Below, in pieces: positions 48,039 to 61,060 of a DNA stretch of 64,000 nt; position 1 is the first letter of the stretch; every line of letters starts with the position of its first letter. A model generated the notes under the pieces. That model saw only the letters and a program-made list of their open reading frames with translations, was not told where the DNA came from and ran no database searches. The stretch is from Azolla caroliniana (taxonomy: Eukaryota > Plantae > Polypodiophyta), in NCBI GenBank assembly GCA_043228905.1, contig JBHGNT010000015.1, positions 17,174,001-17,238,000 on the forward strand, in the 5' to 3' direction. A program made the position numbers and the translations under genes.

Positions 48039-51000
48039 TGTTGGGATGAAACACATTGTCGTCTATATATAATTATTTATATATGTTCAGGGATTGTTTG
48101 TGTTTAAGTAATTACTCTTCACTATTATAATTATATATTGAAGCACATTATAGCCTAATAAATTCTCCATAGAGAGCCCCCCCTCATTAATTAGAATGAA
48201 TAGGATTAAAAACCAGAGTTAGAATCAAAGCACATGGATAGATAGACATTAAAAAGCAAATTCTCTCTGCAGGAGCTTGGTTCTCTTTCCAAAGAAATTA
48301 TTAACCAGATCTTGCCAGGAATGCAGAGATCGCTCTTTGTTTCTTCTTCTTGTAAATCAGTTCATTTATCGATCTGATCCGATCTCATCTGACCCGATCT
48401 GATCCGATTTTATTCTCTTCGATCCATGTGCTTTGGCCAGCTCTATGCTTATGTGGAGTTTGTTGGATATAAAATTCAAGGTGGAGTTTTGTTAGCTCTT
48501 TCGTTGTGTTCTCTCGCTGAGTTCTTCGTTGATGATTCGTAGTATTGTTTTGCTATTGTTTCCTCTCTGGAGGCAGTCTTGATAAATTATAAAGCATAAA
48601 ATCACATGTATGAGTATAATCTACTGAGGCTATATAATTGGTGTAGTGATTGATGTCACTTTTCAATCGCCATGTTGTATCTCTATGTACATGTTAAGAC
48701 ACTATTGTATGCTGTGATTAATCCTCAAGATTGATGCGATAATTGTTCATGAATCATGATAGAAGAGAGTGAAGGTTTATTGTGTTTAACGAGTCAATCC
48801 TTCATTGTTTGTGATGAGTCTTTGTAGCCTTAAGGGTAATGGTGATTCCATGATGGTAGAGACCAGGATTAATGGTGAGATTGTGCGTCTAAGGGGATTC
48901 TATGAATCGCTCGCCTTCGACAGGGTATAGTCCTTGTTGGTGATGTTGTCTATCTATAGACATTCATTCTAGCTGATCTTAATGTGACAAAATCGTCTGC
49001 ACTAGGGTTATCCTCGATAGGTTAATCTCGAAATCCTGGAGTCTATGAACTTGATTCTCCTTTTCATTTATTACAGTTGGTTATCCTTGATGGACAGACG
49101 ATGTCCATGGACATATGGTTTGGTGTAATCACTGCTACCCATCATAGGACAAAACCACAATAAAGTTTTCTGCTATATAGGGTAATTGTTGCTTACCTGT
49201 GATACCTTGTGATTTTGAACAGACCCAAGGTGAATCCTTATTGGTAAGGTCACAAAACAATAGGGTAATCCTTGGTGGAGATGATCCTCTGTATCTTGGT
49301 AGTAAGTAAAATCTTCAACATTGGGGCGATTGTTGATGATGTTAGGAAAGAGCCAAGGCTTATTCTCAATGAGTTTAGGCCAATCCATAATGGTGAGTTG
49401 TCCTTGGCCATTCTAGAGAACTTCAACCATATACCTATTTGTGATAGGATAGATCATAGAACCAAGGTTAAGCCTCAATGCTAATAAAGCCCTTCATTGT
49501 ATGTCATGCACCTATATATAGTGTCTTCCTCGATAGTGAGATTTGTTAATGGTCATTCTAGGCGTAGCGATGACCCATGATGGTAGATAACCAATGTACA
49601 TGTTTAGTTTATGTTGTTGAGGCTAATTGTGAGATGTTCATCGGCCGAGACGGAAGGGTGGGTTTGATTTGTTACACTTTAGCTTATCCTTCATGTTGGG
49701 ATCATAGAAATGTCAAATAAATTAGGGAAGCCTGTGGGTCAAAATGTAGGCAAATGAAAGTAGCCAAGTTGCAACACATTTGTTGGTTTTGCGTGACGCG
49801 TCAATGATACAGAATGTGGGCCACCATAGGTACACAACTTCGTTTCATCCATTCAAGATAGCTCATAGTAGGAGATACGACATATGATTAAGGAAAGAGT
49901 GCATTTTGGAATTTTCCATGGAAATCATTATTTAGTTTGGGAGAGTGGTTCTTGCTAGGACATATTTCACACCAATACAAGACTAACTCACACGAACGTC
50001 TTAAAAATGTCTACACATGTAATATTCCTTCCATCAAGAGAGACCTTATCTTTGAGTTGTTAACAACTTTGCTTGAGTATATTGTATTGTTTGCAAGTCT
50101 GTATGGAATTTAGATGTATTTAGGCACAAACTTATATGCAAACTTGCCATTTCAAATTGCAAGAATAATGGGATGACCATTCAATTGAGCTAGCCATTAC
50201 TAGTTACATTGAATTTTCTTTTTGTCAGCTTCATGATCATTAGTGGCCGTCAACATTATCATTGCGGAACTTTTGGACTCAATTGGGCCTCTAGAGAAAT
50301 CCTATGTCACTAAGACACTTCTAAAGGAGATTTTGAAACACCAAGGATTGATAAAATTTGAGTTGTGATGTGAATGTTATAACTTTTCAGTTAATAAGAA
50401 TTCCAAAAGTTGCCCATTGAAGCCTCTTTATTATTACTTGAAAGATAATTTTTGAGCAACTCTGATTCTCCAAAGCCCCAAATTTGAGTCCATGGTTTTC
50501 ATCATGTCATTTGGCAATGTCAAGTAGACACTTCTATCAACTTTTGTAGAATTCTAAACTACACCAACAATTTGATTGTTTTAGAACAAAAGCAAAAATT
50601 ACACTAAAATGCATAAACTTCATCGGCCCTTTAACATTGTGATAAATGCACTCCAAAAATTATGGGGAAATGGACATTATAAGCACAAAAACTAATGAGT
50701 TTATGTAGTCGGGGTTAAATGGTGCCTTGGACTTGTCATACAGAAATGGTGTTTGAGCCATTCATTTCCTACTCACCTTATGACTATACATCATTGGCAT
50801 ATTGCATTTCCAATCTCATGATCAAATGCACATGGTAGTGATGTGGATATTTGTATTATGCTGATATTATGCTAGATGATTTTTTTTGCTTTCTTGACAA
50901 GAGAGATATTCACCATTTAAGGCAACATAAGGTAGTCCAAACATCACAATCCTTCATTGGTACAACTGGGTCAATATGTAGCTCCATTTGTAAAACCAAA

Positions 51001-51535
51001 AGTTAGGACATGGAGGAAGATGGCTATGTATTTGCTGGTTGGAAGGTGAATAAGTTTCATGTTGTTTGGTAAAAAATACAAAGTTATCATATCCCACCAC
51101 AAATGCCATTCATGGTCTTTGAGGGGTACAATGGGGTTAATATCAATTTGGAAGGCATAGAGTTTGTAGTCATTTTACTCTTCTGTGGGTTCATTGTACT
51201 CTTTCCACTAGAATACAATGGAATAAATAAAAGAAGATGGGCTCAAATCCATGTCAATGTTGGATCTATGTAGTCCACAAGATCAATGTTGGTTCAACCT
51301 ACATGATCTCTTATCAGTCAATTGAAAAAGATTCAAGCTGGAAAAATGCATACCATTGGAGCCCAACAAAAAGGCAAATTACTTGGGAGATACATCTAAT
51401 TGAAAAGGTGGTATGATTCATGGGGCCGATTAAAAGGTGATAACTAGCAACAAGATTATGATGTTTTAGAGAACAAATCAAAATTTCTTTTTCATTTTGT
51501 AGGAATATGTTGGTGTTGCTACACTATAATCAAAT

Positions 51536-51558
51536 CCCCCCCCCCCCCCCCCCCCCCC
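51536..51558. repeat. Poly-C homopolymer
   Basis: Run of about 23 C. Confidence 0.9.
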
Positions 51559-54500
51559 AAGATGCAAACACTATAGGGATAATATTGTTGGTATAGGTGT
51601 TGTTATGTGATCAAGGCAAGAGTGTTCTCTTTGTTTCGAAGCATTGTCATTTTGATGAAAGCGAGGTACAAGCAAAATTATGAGAGCATGGCTAGAATGC
51701 CCATACTATTGGGATGGAGAAAATGTAACTTGTTAACAAAATCTACATGAATGAGGTTGTACCTATATTATTTCTAAGTCTCATCCATTCGCATGCGTCA
51801 TGTTTGTAGTAAAAGATTATGAGATTTGTCTATGATTCGAGTATGTTGTTTCCAAACTACCCAAATTATCTTATGCATGTTGGTTGAGTGATTACAATGT
51901 GTCATTAATAAAGTGCCTACCATTTAATGAAATGCATCAAATCTTTGACTATGAGCGCGATCATTCAATAGAAAAAGGAATACATATTCACTATAAACAA
52001 AACATTATGAACTCACAATAAGATAGAAGGTAATATAGATTTATGTAGTTTGTAAGAAACTTGTCTCAATATAAGGATGCCATATCTTGTTAACCGATGG
52101 TTTTTCTATATGCCCATAGAACACATGCATGCACACACACAAGCACATGTACATTAAAACCCACACACACACACACACATTCGTAGATAGAGATGCTTTA
52201 TGAGATAAATGTAAATGTAAAAGAAACATTGCCAAAATACCTATCCATATATAATGGCCTTTTTATACAGTATCCATCGACCATGCACGAATATACAATA
52301 TTTTTCATCAAAGGCTTTAAATAAATCCAGTAGACATGGCCACAACTTTGACCGCGCCATTTCTCTAAAATCCGTAAAAACTTTCTTATCATAATAATTC
52401 TTGTGTGTTAGAGCAAAGGCATATCTTACAACGTTGTATATATATATTTAATGGGGATATACCCTCTTTTGGTAGCATTAGTATATTTCTTTCACAAATG
52501 TGTAAAAGTTTGAGCCTAGTTTCTTGAAGAACTTATGCATTCTAGACAATTTGTTCAACTTACAACATTGGTGGTGTATGTATCTATTATGGGGCACAAG
52601 GCAATGGATTATACATTTTCTGTTAATTTTTTTTTCGTGAAATCTGATGACTATAAGATCAATAAAAATATCCTCAACACATAAACACATCATGTATTTT
52701 ATATGCCCAACCACCATATATTAAATTCATCCACTCGTATATCTACCAACATAAGTGACAAAAAACCATATAAACTTCTCGTTCAAAAAGCTTAAATACG
52801 TAATGAGGGATGGCGCTTTGCATTTGTTGGATTTCGGAAGATGCGTTTTATTTGTACGAGTCAAGCACGGATCACAATGTCATAAGATTAAAAATGACAC
52901 ATGCATTGCTTCGGATTCTTCCACCTTCAGGCAAACACAAAAGAAACGTCTTTGTTTATTTGACATGGTCAAATCAGACCGTACATGAATAAACAAATGA
53001 TCATTGCTTACGTATTTCCATCTCCCGATTAACATTTATTGCCTTTCGTATTGCATCGTTCCACCTACAAATCATGTAACTTCCATGACAACATTATGAA
53101 GCATTATCCCAATGGTGCGTTCTTTCGTTAAAATATATTTGAAGTCAAGTGCTCGACATCATAATTGAAAAATATTTATATTTCCCACGTTTCTCGTGCT
53201 TAAGACTTTTAGGTAGCGATGATGACTCTTGAAGGGTCACATGTCATTTTGCAAAATTCTCTTTGATGCAATTTGACCGCAATGTCCGTTTTAAAGAAAC
53301 TTGTGAGGTTGTTCACATGTGATAGTTAGTTTAAAAAAACAACTACTTATCACCCATCTAGTTGGATGGATAAAGTATGCTAAAACCACCTATAATATTA
53401 TGAGCTTTTGTGAGGCATTGTCTACCACATGATTAGGATAACATAATGATTGAAAGACATTTCATTAGAAGGCCAAATCACAAATAGGTATTATGATAAT
53501 GGTTGCAATTACTACATGGTGTGAATAATTGAAAGACAGATGTGTATGGGGTGGTAACAAATTATGCTTAAAAGTGTACATTTAAATCGGGATGCTAACA
53601 ATCATGTAAGGTTGGTTACATTCTAGCAAATGTGACATAACATTATTATTGTTTGAAACTCATAAATATGATCTTAATGTATATAACTAATCTAGGGATG
53701 TTAAAACCATGGACGTTTTGAATAATGGAACATGTATCACATAACATTATTAAATTGCTTTCTTGAATCTCATAAATTATTGTATTATATGTTGTGCATG
53801 CAAATGTATATTGACACCATGATTCCTTTCCTTCGAGATGTTGTTTATATATTCATATGTTGCATGGATTCTTAATATGTTTTATATGTGGAGTTTTAGG
53901 ATCATATTGTTTATTTCTCTAAAAGTTACACTAACAACGAGTTGTCACCCCATTGTCCCAAATCTTAATATTATAGCACAATTACTTGTTCTACGATATC
54001 GTCAACTCCTCATAATAGCCATGTAGGACCTATATGATCAAGAGTTTGTAGATGAGAATTTGTTTTTTAATTGGATATGATTGTGTGGTTTGGACATGCC
54101 CAAGTTCTCTTAACATGCATTCAACAATGCTAATTATAATGACTTTGTCACGACCTAGTTATAACATGATATTGTTAACTATTGCATGAAAAAATAAAGA
54201 TCTTGCATACGCAATCAATAATATAGAGAAAAAGATGGGAGAACTATGTTTTATACTATAATTTGTAGAGCACCTAAATACAAAAAACTATATGTTCAAT
54301 TGTGTGTAAATGACATACAGATACAACTAAATGGCTTGTGGTGAAAACCTCATGGGCCTACAATTGTATTTGTACGTCATCTAGGAATAAATGTATTTGT
54401 ATGTCATTTAGGGTTGTCTATAGAAACATTTTGTTCAGGTTCTCCCGCTTGACGAAAACCTTGTCAAGGATTCAATGGATTTATAACCCATCCCAATGAA

Positions 54501-54746
54501 TCATATTGAAGTTTAAGGGGTAATCCCTTACCTCAAAATTATCATTGCCAATCAAATTTCTTAGGACCCTCCTTTGTTCCTTAACTTCCTTGCGAAGTAG
54601 TATTATGGGTAATGGGCAAACTATTACGTTGCATAGTCATTGATTTCCTCTTAGACTTGCCCTTACATGATGCCAATGTTGATTGGCAATAGCTTAAATA
54701 TTAGGCCTATCAAATGTTTTCCCCCCTTATCAGGAAGCAGTAGACG

Positions 54747-54945
54747 TTATTTTCCATTACACTTAGGCCCAAAACCGTGAAGTGGATCCTCGTTGTCACT
54801 TGTGCCAAAGGTTGTTCCTTCATCCTTAACAACCACAATATCTAATCTATCAACATCTCTCCCAACCCCTTCCACATCATTCCGTTTATTAGGAACCTCC
54901 AAAGCCAAAGGACAATGACATTGGCATTCCGCCATACAATGGCCC
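54747..54945 (-). pseudogene. Possible LINE ORF1 remnant (zinc-knuckle tail) cut by copia F
   Basis: GHCMAECQ resembles GHFMAECQ of the LINE ORF1 at 61061..61963 and stops at the copia F LTR boundary. Confidence 0.35.
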
Positions 54946-57900
54946 TGTTGAGCGAGCAAACTCAACAGGATCCAGATCGGCTGAATAAGCTAGAGCCGGA
55001 TCAGTATCCGGAAACGACCAGACGGATCGGGGAGACGGATTGGAGAGCCGGATTCGAGTGCGAACCAGAAGCCTAGTAGTAGCCTAGACTACTAGGTAAT
55101 CATTGTCTCGTAGTTAGTGTCAGTCGCTCGTATGAGCATTGAAGTACATAGTACTTCTGTCAATCCTTTTGAGGACTTGTATAAATAGTGTTGTTTAGCA
55201 CGTTGGATGTACAGAGTCTACAAAGAGTTTTTATTATTTTGAATCTACGTTTACGTTCTGCTCTCTCTGTCTCTTCCGCGTATACTCTCTGTGTATTAAG
55301 CTTCTCCATTAAACCTTCATCTTATTCTTTGTTGCTATCCGGCTAAGTTGGTTTTGTCTAACGCTTCCGCACGTTAACATTCACATGGTATCAGAGCGCG
55401 AGGGTTGAGAACCTCTGCACCCGACATTTGCTTTCGTAGACGAACCCTAGAACCCGGTAACAACAGACAGAGAGAAGATATGGACAGAGGAATGGCAAGT
55501 TCACTTCCAACAGAGAAGCTCGACCGGAGCAACTACTCGTCCTGGTCATACAAGATGCACCAGTACTTGTTGGGGCATGGATATTGGAGGTTCGTGGAAG
55601 GAACGAACGAGGTAGCGCCAGAGTTGGCACACGAGGACTTCCCGATATGGGAGCAAGGAGCGAGTCGAGTATTGTACTGCCTCGCGTCTTGTGTGCACAA
55701 CCAGATGCTCGACTACATAAAGGATGCAAAAAAGCCGAAGGAGGCCCGGGGAAATCTGAGGAAGATTTTCGTCGTGAGTACCACAACCCGTAAGTTGCAG
55801 CGCCGACAAGAGCTGAACAACATCTGACAAAGAGACATGTCAGTTATGGATTACACCACCAAGATAAAGGGGATTTGTGATGCACTCGGGTCGATCAACA
55901 TGATGGTGGACGAAGACGAGATGGTACAAATCTGCCTCAGTGGTCTAGCGCAAAGGTACGGGCCAATCCGGACAACGATCTGCACCCGGGAGAAACCATC
56001 GGCTTTCTTCGACTTGCGATCGATGCTAATGGTCAAAGATAACCACGTGAGTGGGTCCAGGACCACTCAATCGGACGGCCGGATGCTATACACAGAGACA
56101 GATTGGCCCCATGGACGTGGTGGATGAGGTGGGTCGACACACAATGGAGGCGGCTAGCAAGAGCAGGACCGAAGGCACAGAGCTAGTGCCGACATAAGTT
56201 TCGGACCCTCCACAAGCAGGGTGAGTCAAAGTGGTGTCGGGAACCAACAAGGACAGGCTGACACGGAATGTTGGTATTGTGGCAAGAAAGGCCACAAAGA
56301 GAGCGAGTGCTGGAAGAAACATGCCGATTCGGATAAATCCGGATCCGACAAGGCCAGACAAGGGAACTGGCAAAGCTCGCACTACGCAGAAGGATCAGAA
56401 GGATCCAGAACCGGGAAGACCGGTAAAGGGCCATCCTTCGTGATGAAGCACAAGGCTAACTCGATGAAGAAGACTACTTCCAAATCAGAGGAAGTATGGT
56501 ACGTTGATTCCGGAGTGTCCAACCACATGACGAGCCATGAAGAGTGGTTCTCTTTTTTCGAAAAACCGGAACAACCGGGGATTGTCGAAACTGGAGACGA
56601 CACCCCTCACCCCATAGTGCATGTCGGAGAAGTACCTTTAAGCCATGTCGGACATAAGGGGAAGCTGATGAACGTACTACACGTTCCAACTATCACAAAG
56701 AACCTGGTGTTGGTTGGACAAATCGTCAACTAGGGAATGTAGGTGCGGTTTACGCACCTCGGGTGCTTCATCGAGGAAGAAGGCCGGATAATTGCGCAAG
56801 GGCGAAGAGAAGGGAGGATGTTCATCCTCAACACTAATGACGTCGGCACCGCCATGTTTGCCAAAGGACAGAAAATTGAATCGGACATTGATATCTAGCA
56901 TACGTGGATCGGCCACGTCAACTACCGGAGGCTTCAGGACCTGCAATCGAAACAAGTTGTTTCCGGTTTGCCAAAATTTAGCGGTTGGAAAGCCAAAATT
57001 TGTGAAGCCTGCCAACTCGGGAAGCAACACTGGTTTCCATTCCCCACCGAACGAAACTGGAGCTGTAACAAGCTCGACCTAATCCATTCGGATGTATGGG
57101 AACCGACACAGAACGTTAGTCTTGGCGGGAGTCGATACTTCGTCTCCTTCATCGACGACTATAGTCGGCACACGTGGATCTACCTCATCGAGAGGAAGAG
57201 CAAAGTCTTCGAATGTTTCCGAAACCTTCAAAGCTTAGTTGAATGGGAAACAGAGAGGAAGATCAAGTGCCTGCGGTCGAATGGCGAAAAAAAAAACTTT
57301 TCCGGCCAATTCAACAATTATCTACAACAGAACGGAATTCGGAGAGAATTCAGCTGCAGATACACACCGGAGCAAAACGGCGTGGCCGAAAGGAAGAACT
57401 GGTCAATTGTCGACGCGACAAGGGCAATGCTGGAGGAGAAAAGCATGCCCCAATTCTATTGGGCTGAGGCGGTTCGGACGACCATCTACATCCAAAACCG
57501 GATCAGAGACAAGGTGTCAGCACACAAGCTGTATTTCAGGCGCAAGCCGAATTTGAGACAACTTCGGATATTCGGCAGCATAGCATATGTGCATGTACCA
57601 GATGAGAAGCGGAGGAAGCTTGATCCAAAGTCAAAGAAGTGCATCTTGGTCGGTTACTCGCATGAGCAGAAGGGGTATAAGTGTTATAACCCCCTGATGA
57701 AGCAGGTCTGAGTAAACCGAGATGTTGAGTTCGAAGAGATGACATCGTGGTACTCTCTACCGAATCTGACTTCCGACTCCGACCCAATCCCGGAGGATGA
57801 GGCCACTGAGCCTGAACCGGTCAAGATAGAAGATGACAAGCTTGAGACTCTAGAAGAGAGTCCGAAATTGTTTCAGTTGAGTAGACCGAACGAGCGACTG

Positions 57901-60490
57901 GGTCAAAGTGACCAATCAGATGAGGAACCAGTGAGTAGTGGAGACTCTGCCGTGCTCTCCCCTCGCAAGGAACTGAGGAGACGGTTCACGTGCAAAGAGA
58001 AAGGGAAGCAGATAATGTCGGAATACGAAACCGGCAATGTTGACTCGGATCGGAGAAAATCCGACTCCGGAAAGGATGAAGGTGGATCTTCGGGAATGAA
58101 ATCCGAAGCGGCCAAGAAGGGCCCCAAACCGGGTGATGACAAGTTACGTCGGTCTTCCCGCTAGAAGAACCCTATTACGCGGTACGTGTACAATGAGTAC
58201 ATGGCGTATCACTATGCGTACATGACCAAAGTGGCAGAAGTGCGTGAGCCGGAGAGCTACGCAAAAGCGGCAAAGGACGCAAATTGGTGTGCCGCTATGG
58301 AAGAAGAAATGCGGGCAGTCGATGCCAATGACACATAGGACCTCGTTGACCCTCCCCGACACTATAAACCGATCGGTTGCAAATGGGTGTACAAGGTAAA
58401 GTACAATGCTGATGGTTCGGTTAACCGGTACAAGGCCTGGTTAGTGGCGAAGGGATATGCACAGACCCACGGAATGGACTACGACGAGACCTTCACTCCT
58501 GTAGCGAAGATGATGACGGTTCGTGTAGTACTGGCAGTTGTTGCGGCAAGGGGATGACATCTACACCAAATGGACGTGAAGAATGTATTTCTTCAAGGTG
58601 ATCTTGAAGAATGGCTCTATATGATCCAACCCCCCGGTTTCCAATTAGCGATGAACAAGTCGGCAAGGTGCCGACTCAAGAAGTCACTTTATGGTCTAAG
58701 GCATGCCCCTCGAGCTTGGAATGCGAAGATCATGCACCAGTTGCGTAAGATGGGGTTTGTGGCCTCCAAGGCTGACTCTTCATTGTTCATCCGGAATGGT
58801 CCGGACAGTTCGGTTTATATTTTGCTTTATGTAGATGATTTAGTCATCACTGAACCCGGACTCGTTGAAATCGACCGAGTGAAGTCCCAACTATCGGATG
58901 CATTTGAAATGAAGAACCTGGGGGACCTTCACTATTTTCTTGGGATCGAGGTGATCCGCACCCCCGATGGCATATTGCTCTTAGAATGCCATTATGTGTT
59001 GAATATGTTGTACAAGTTCGGCATGACTTAATGCCGACCGATCTCTACACCCCTGGACCAGAACCTGAAGCTACGTCCCGACTCCGGCCCAGCCTGTGAT
59101 GAGAAACGGTTCCGACATATTGTCGGAAGCCTCATATACCTGACAATCACTCGACCCGACATCAGTTACCCGGTTGAAGTGATCAACCAGTTAATGCAGA
59201 AGCCGACTGTTGAGCACCTTCAGTGCACACACCGGATACTCCGGTATGTTAGTGGCACGAAGGATCAAGGACTGTTATACCAACACAGTATAGCTGGGAA
59301 GCTAGTCAGATATACCGATGCCGACTGGGCTAGTGATGCATCGGATCGCCGATCCACCTTTGGTTACATGTTTTCACTTGGTAGCGTGGTTGTTGCGTGG
59401 AGTAGCAAAAAGCAGCCAACAATGGCTCTGTCAAGCACTAAGGCTGAATACCGGGGCGCTACCAATGCCACTTGTGAAGCCATCTAGCTTCGGCAACTGC
59501 TGCGTGACCTCCGGATCGAGGTGCTTACCCCGATCCCGATCCACTGTGACAACATGAGCAACATATAGCTCACCTAGAACCCTATATTCCATGCTCAAAC
59601 AAAGCACATCGAAGTGCATTATCACTTTGTGCGTGAGCGGGTCTTGAGTTGTGAAGTCGAACTTCGGTATGTTTAGACAGATCGGGAGGTTGCCGACATC
59701 TTCACCAAACTGCTCGGATCAAACAAGTTGCAACACTTCACCAAAATGCTTGTTGTTTAGCATCTCGATGTGCCGCACTTGAGGGGGAGAACGGGCAAAG
59801 GCAAAGAAATTGCCGATGGCACAAGACAATGAACCGGAAAGGGAAGAACCAACAAAGGGGGAGACAAGAGGAAAAAGGAAGCCGAGTCGACAAAGGAAGT
59901 TGGCACATTCGAACAAGTCGGAGCAAGCGGCAGTGGTGGAAGAGTCAAGAAGGACAGAGCCGACCGGAAGGAGAAGGCCAAGACCCGAACATGGTCTACT
60001 GTGGTGAAGGGTCTGAAACCAGGAGACGAGTTGGAGAACACCGACTTGGACAAGAGCCGGAACGAATCAAGAGCGACCAATTCAGACAAGAGCTGGAGCG
60101 AATCGGAGGAAGCCGATTCGGTTCAAGATTTGAAGAAGCCGAATCAACTAAAGGCCAACCGGACGAGAAGGCAGCAGAATTCGATGCCGACACAGAGAAA
60201 TCGATGGATCGACAAACGCCTGTTGAATAGACAAGCTGACCAAGGAGGTCGAGGTACGCAATACCGGACGGGTCGAGGAAAGCGGAACCAGAGCAGACGA
60301 GGAGCACAAGCAAGGCGGAACGATGCCAGAAGGAGCCGAGTGGAAGGACCGGCTGCCACAGACACTAACACCACGATCCGACCTCAAATTGAGCTTGAGG
60401 GCAAGTGTTGAACAAGCAAGCTCAACTAGATCCGGATCGACATCCGGGAGGATGAGCCAGATCGGGGAGATGGATTGGAGAGCGGATCAG
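54946..60490 (+). mobile_element. Ty1/copia element F (same lineage as A), decayed; 3' LTR truncated
   Basis: 5' LTR 54946-55385 (TGTTGAG...TCACA) and PBS TGGTATCAGAGC at 55386-55397. Gag MASSLPTEKLDRSNYSSW, CWYCGKKGHKESEC, protease VWYVDSGVSNHM, integrase 56968..57711, RT YVDD, RNase H. PPT-like TTGAGCTTGAGGGCAAG, then a 3' LTR starting at 60406. Confidence 0.92.
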
Positions 60491-60560
60491 TACACTGCTC
60501 GAATACGGAGCATGTCCACTCTCGATAGCAATGGGCACCCCCCGAAACCATTACTATCAT

Positions 60561-60626
60561 GGATGTAACCAGGACTTCCCGGGAGGTCACCCATCCCAGT
60601 ATCATTCTGGCTCAAGCATGCTTACC
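60561..60626 (-). pseudogene. 5S rRNA-derived fragment (A-box to 3' end), Cassandra-TRIM-like or 5S pseudogene
   Basis: The reverse strand GGTAAGCATGCTTGAGCCAGAATGATACTGGGATGGGTGACCTCCCGGGAAGTCCTGGTTACATCC aligns by eye with the 3' ~68 nt of plant 5S rRNA (roughly 80% identity). The 5' ~50 nt are absent. Confidence 0.85.
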
Positions 60627-61060
60627 TAGCAATGCTTGAAGCATCCAAACAACCACAAAACTCATGGCATGTGAGTTGCCAAGGTAGGTAGGAATGTGCT
60701 ACACATTGATCCTCGGCAAGTGGTTGGCCGGTCACCCGCAAGTGGGTGGTATACTGACTGCAGACGCCACACCTAGGTCTGTAGTGTGCTCAACGGTGCC
60801 ACATGAGTTCAGGTGTGAGTTTTAGACTGTGAGGTCGATACAAGGAGTGCAAGCAATATACAATCGGTGGGTGGGTGTATGTGAGGGAGAATGAGAGTGA
60901 AAGAAGAGAAATGTGAGTCAAAGAGAGAGATAGAGAGAGAGGGAGGGAGGGAGGGAGGGAGGGAGAGAGAGAGAGAGAGAGAGAGAGGAAGAAGAAGAAG
61001 AAGAAGAATTAGGGAAGAAGAGGAGGAAGAGAAAATGCTCTTTCTCTTTCTCTTTCTCTC

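Noticed and set aside
48262-48410. TCTCTGCA...TGCAGAGA fold-back and GATCT/GATCC pentamer run in the MYB 3' region as a miRNA precursor
   Set aside because: Pairing is too short and interrupted, and there is no match to a miRNA I recognise.
48840-51900. Old retroelement-like fragments (LGLFKI resembling GPF; Trp-rich LINE-like stretches)
   Set aside because: Too degraded to assign or bound from sequence alone.
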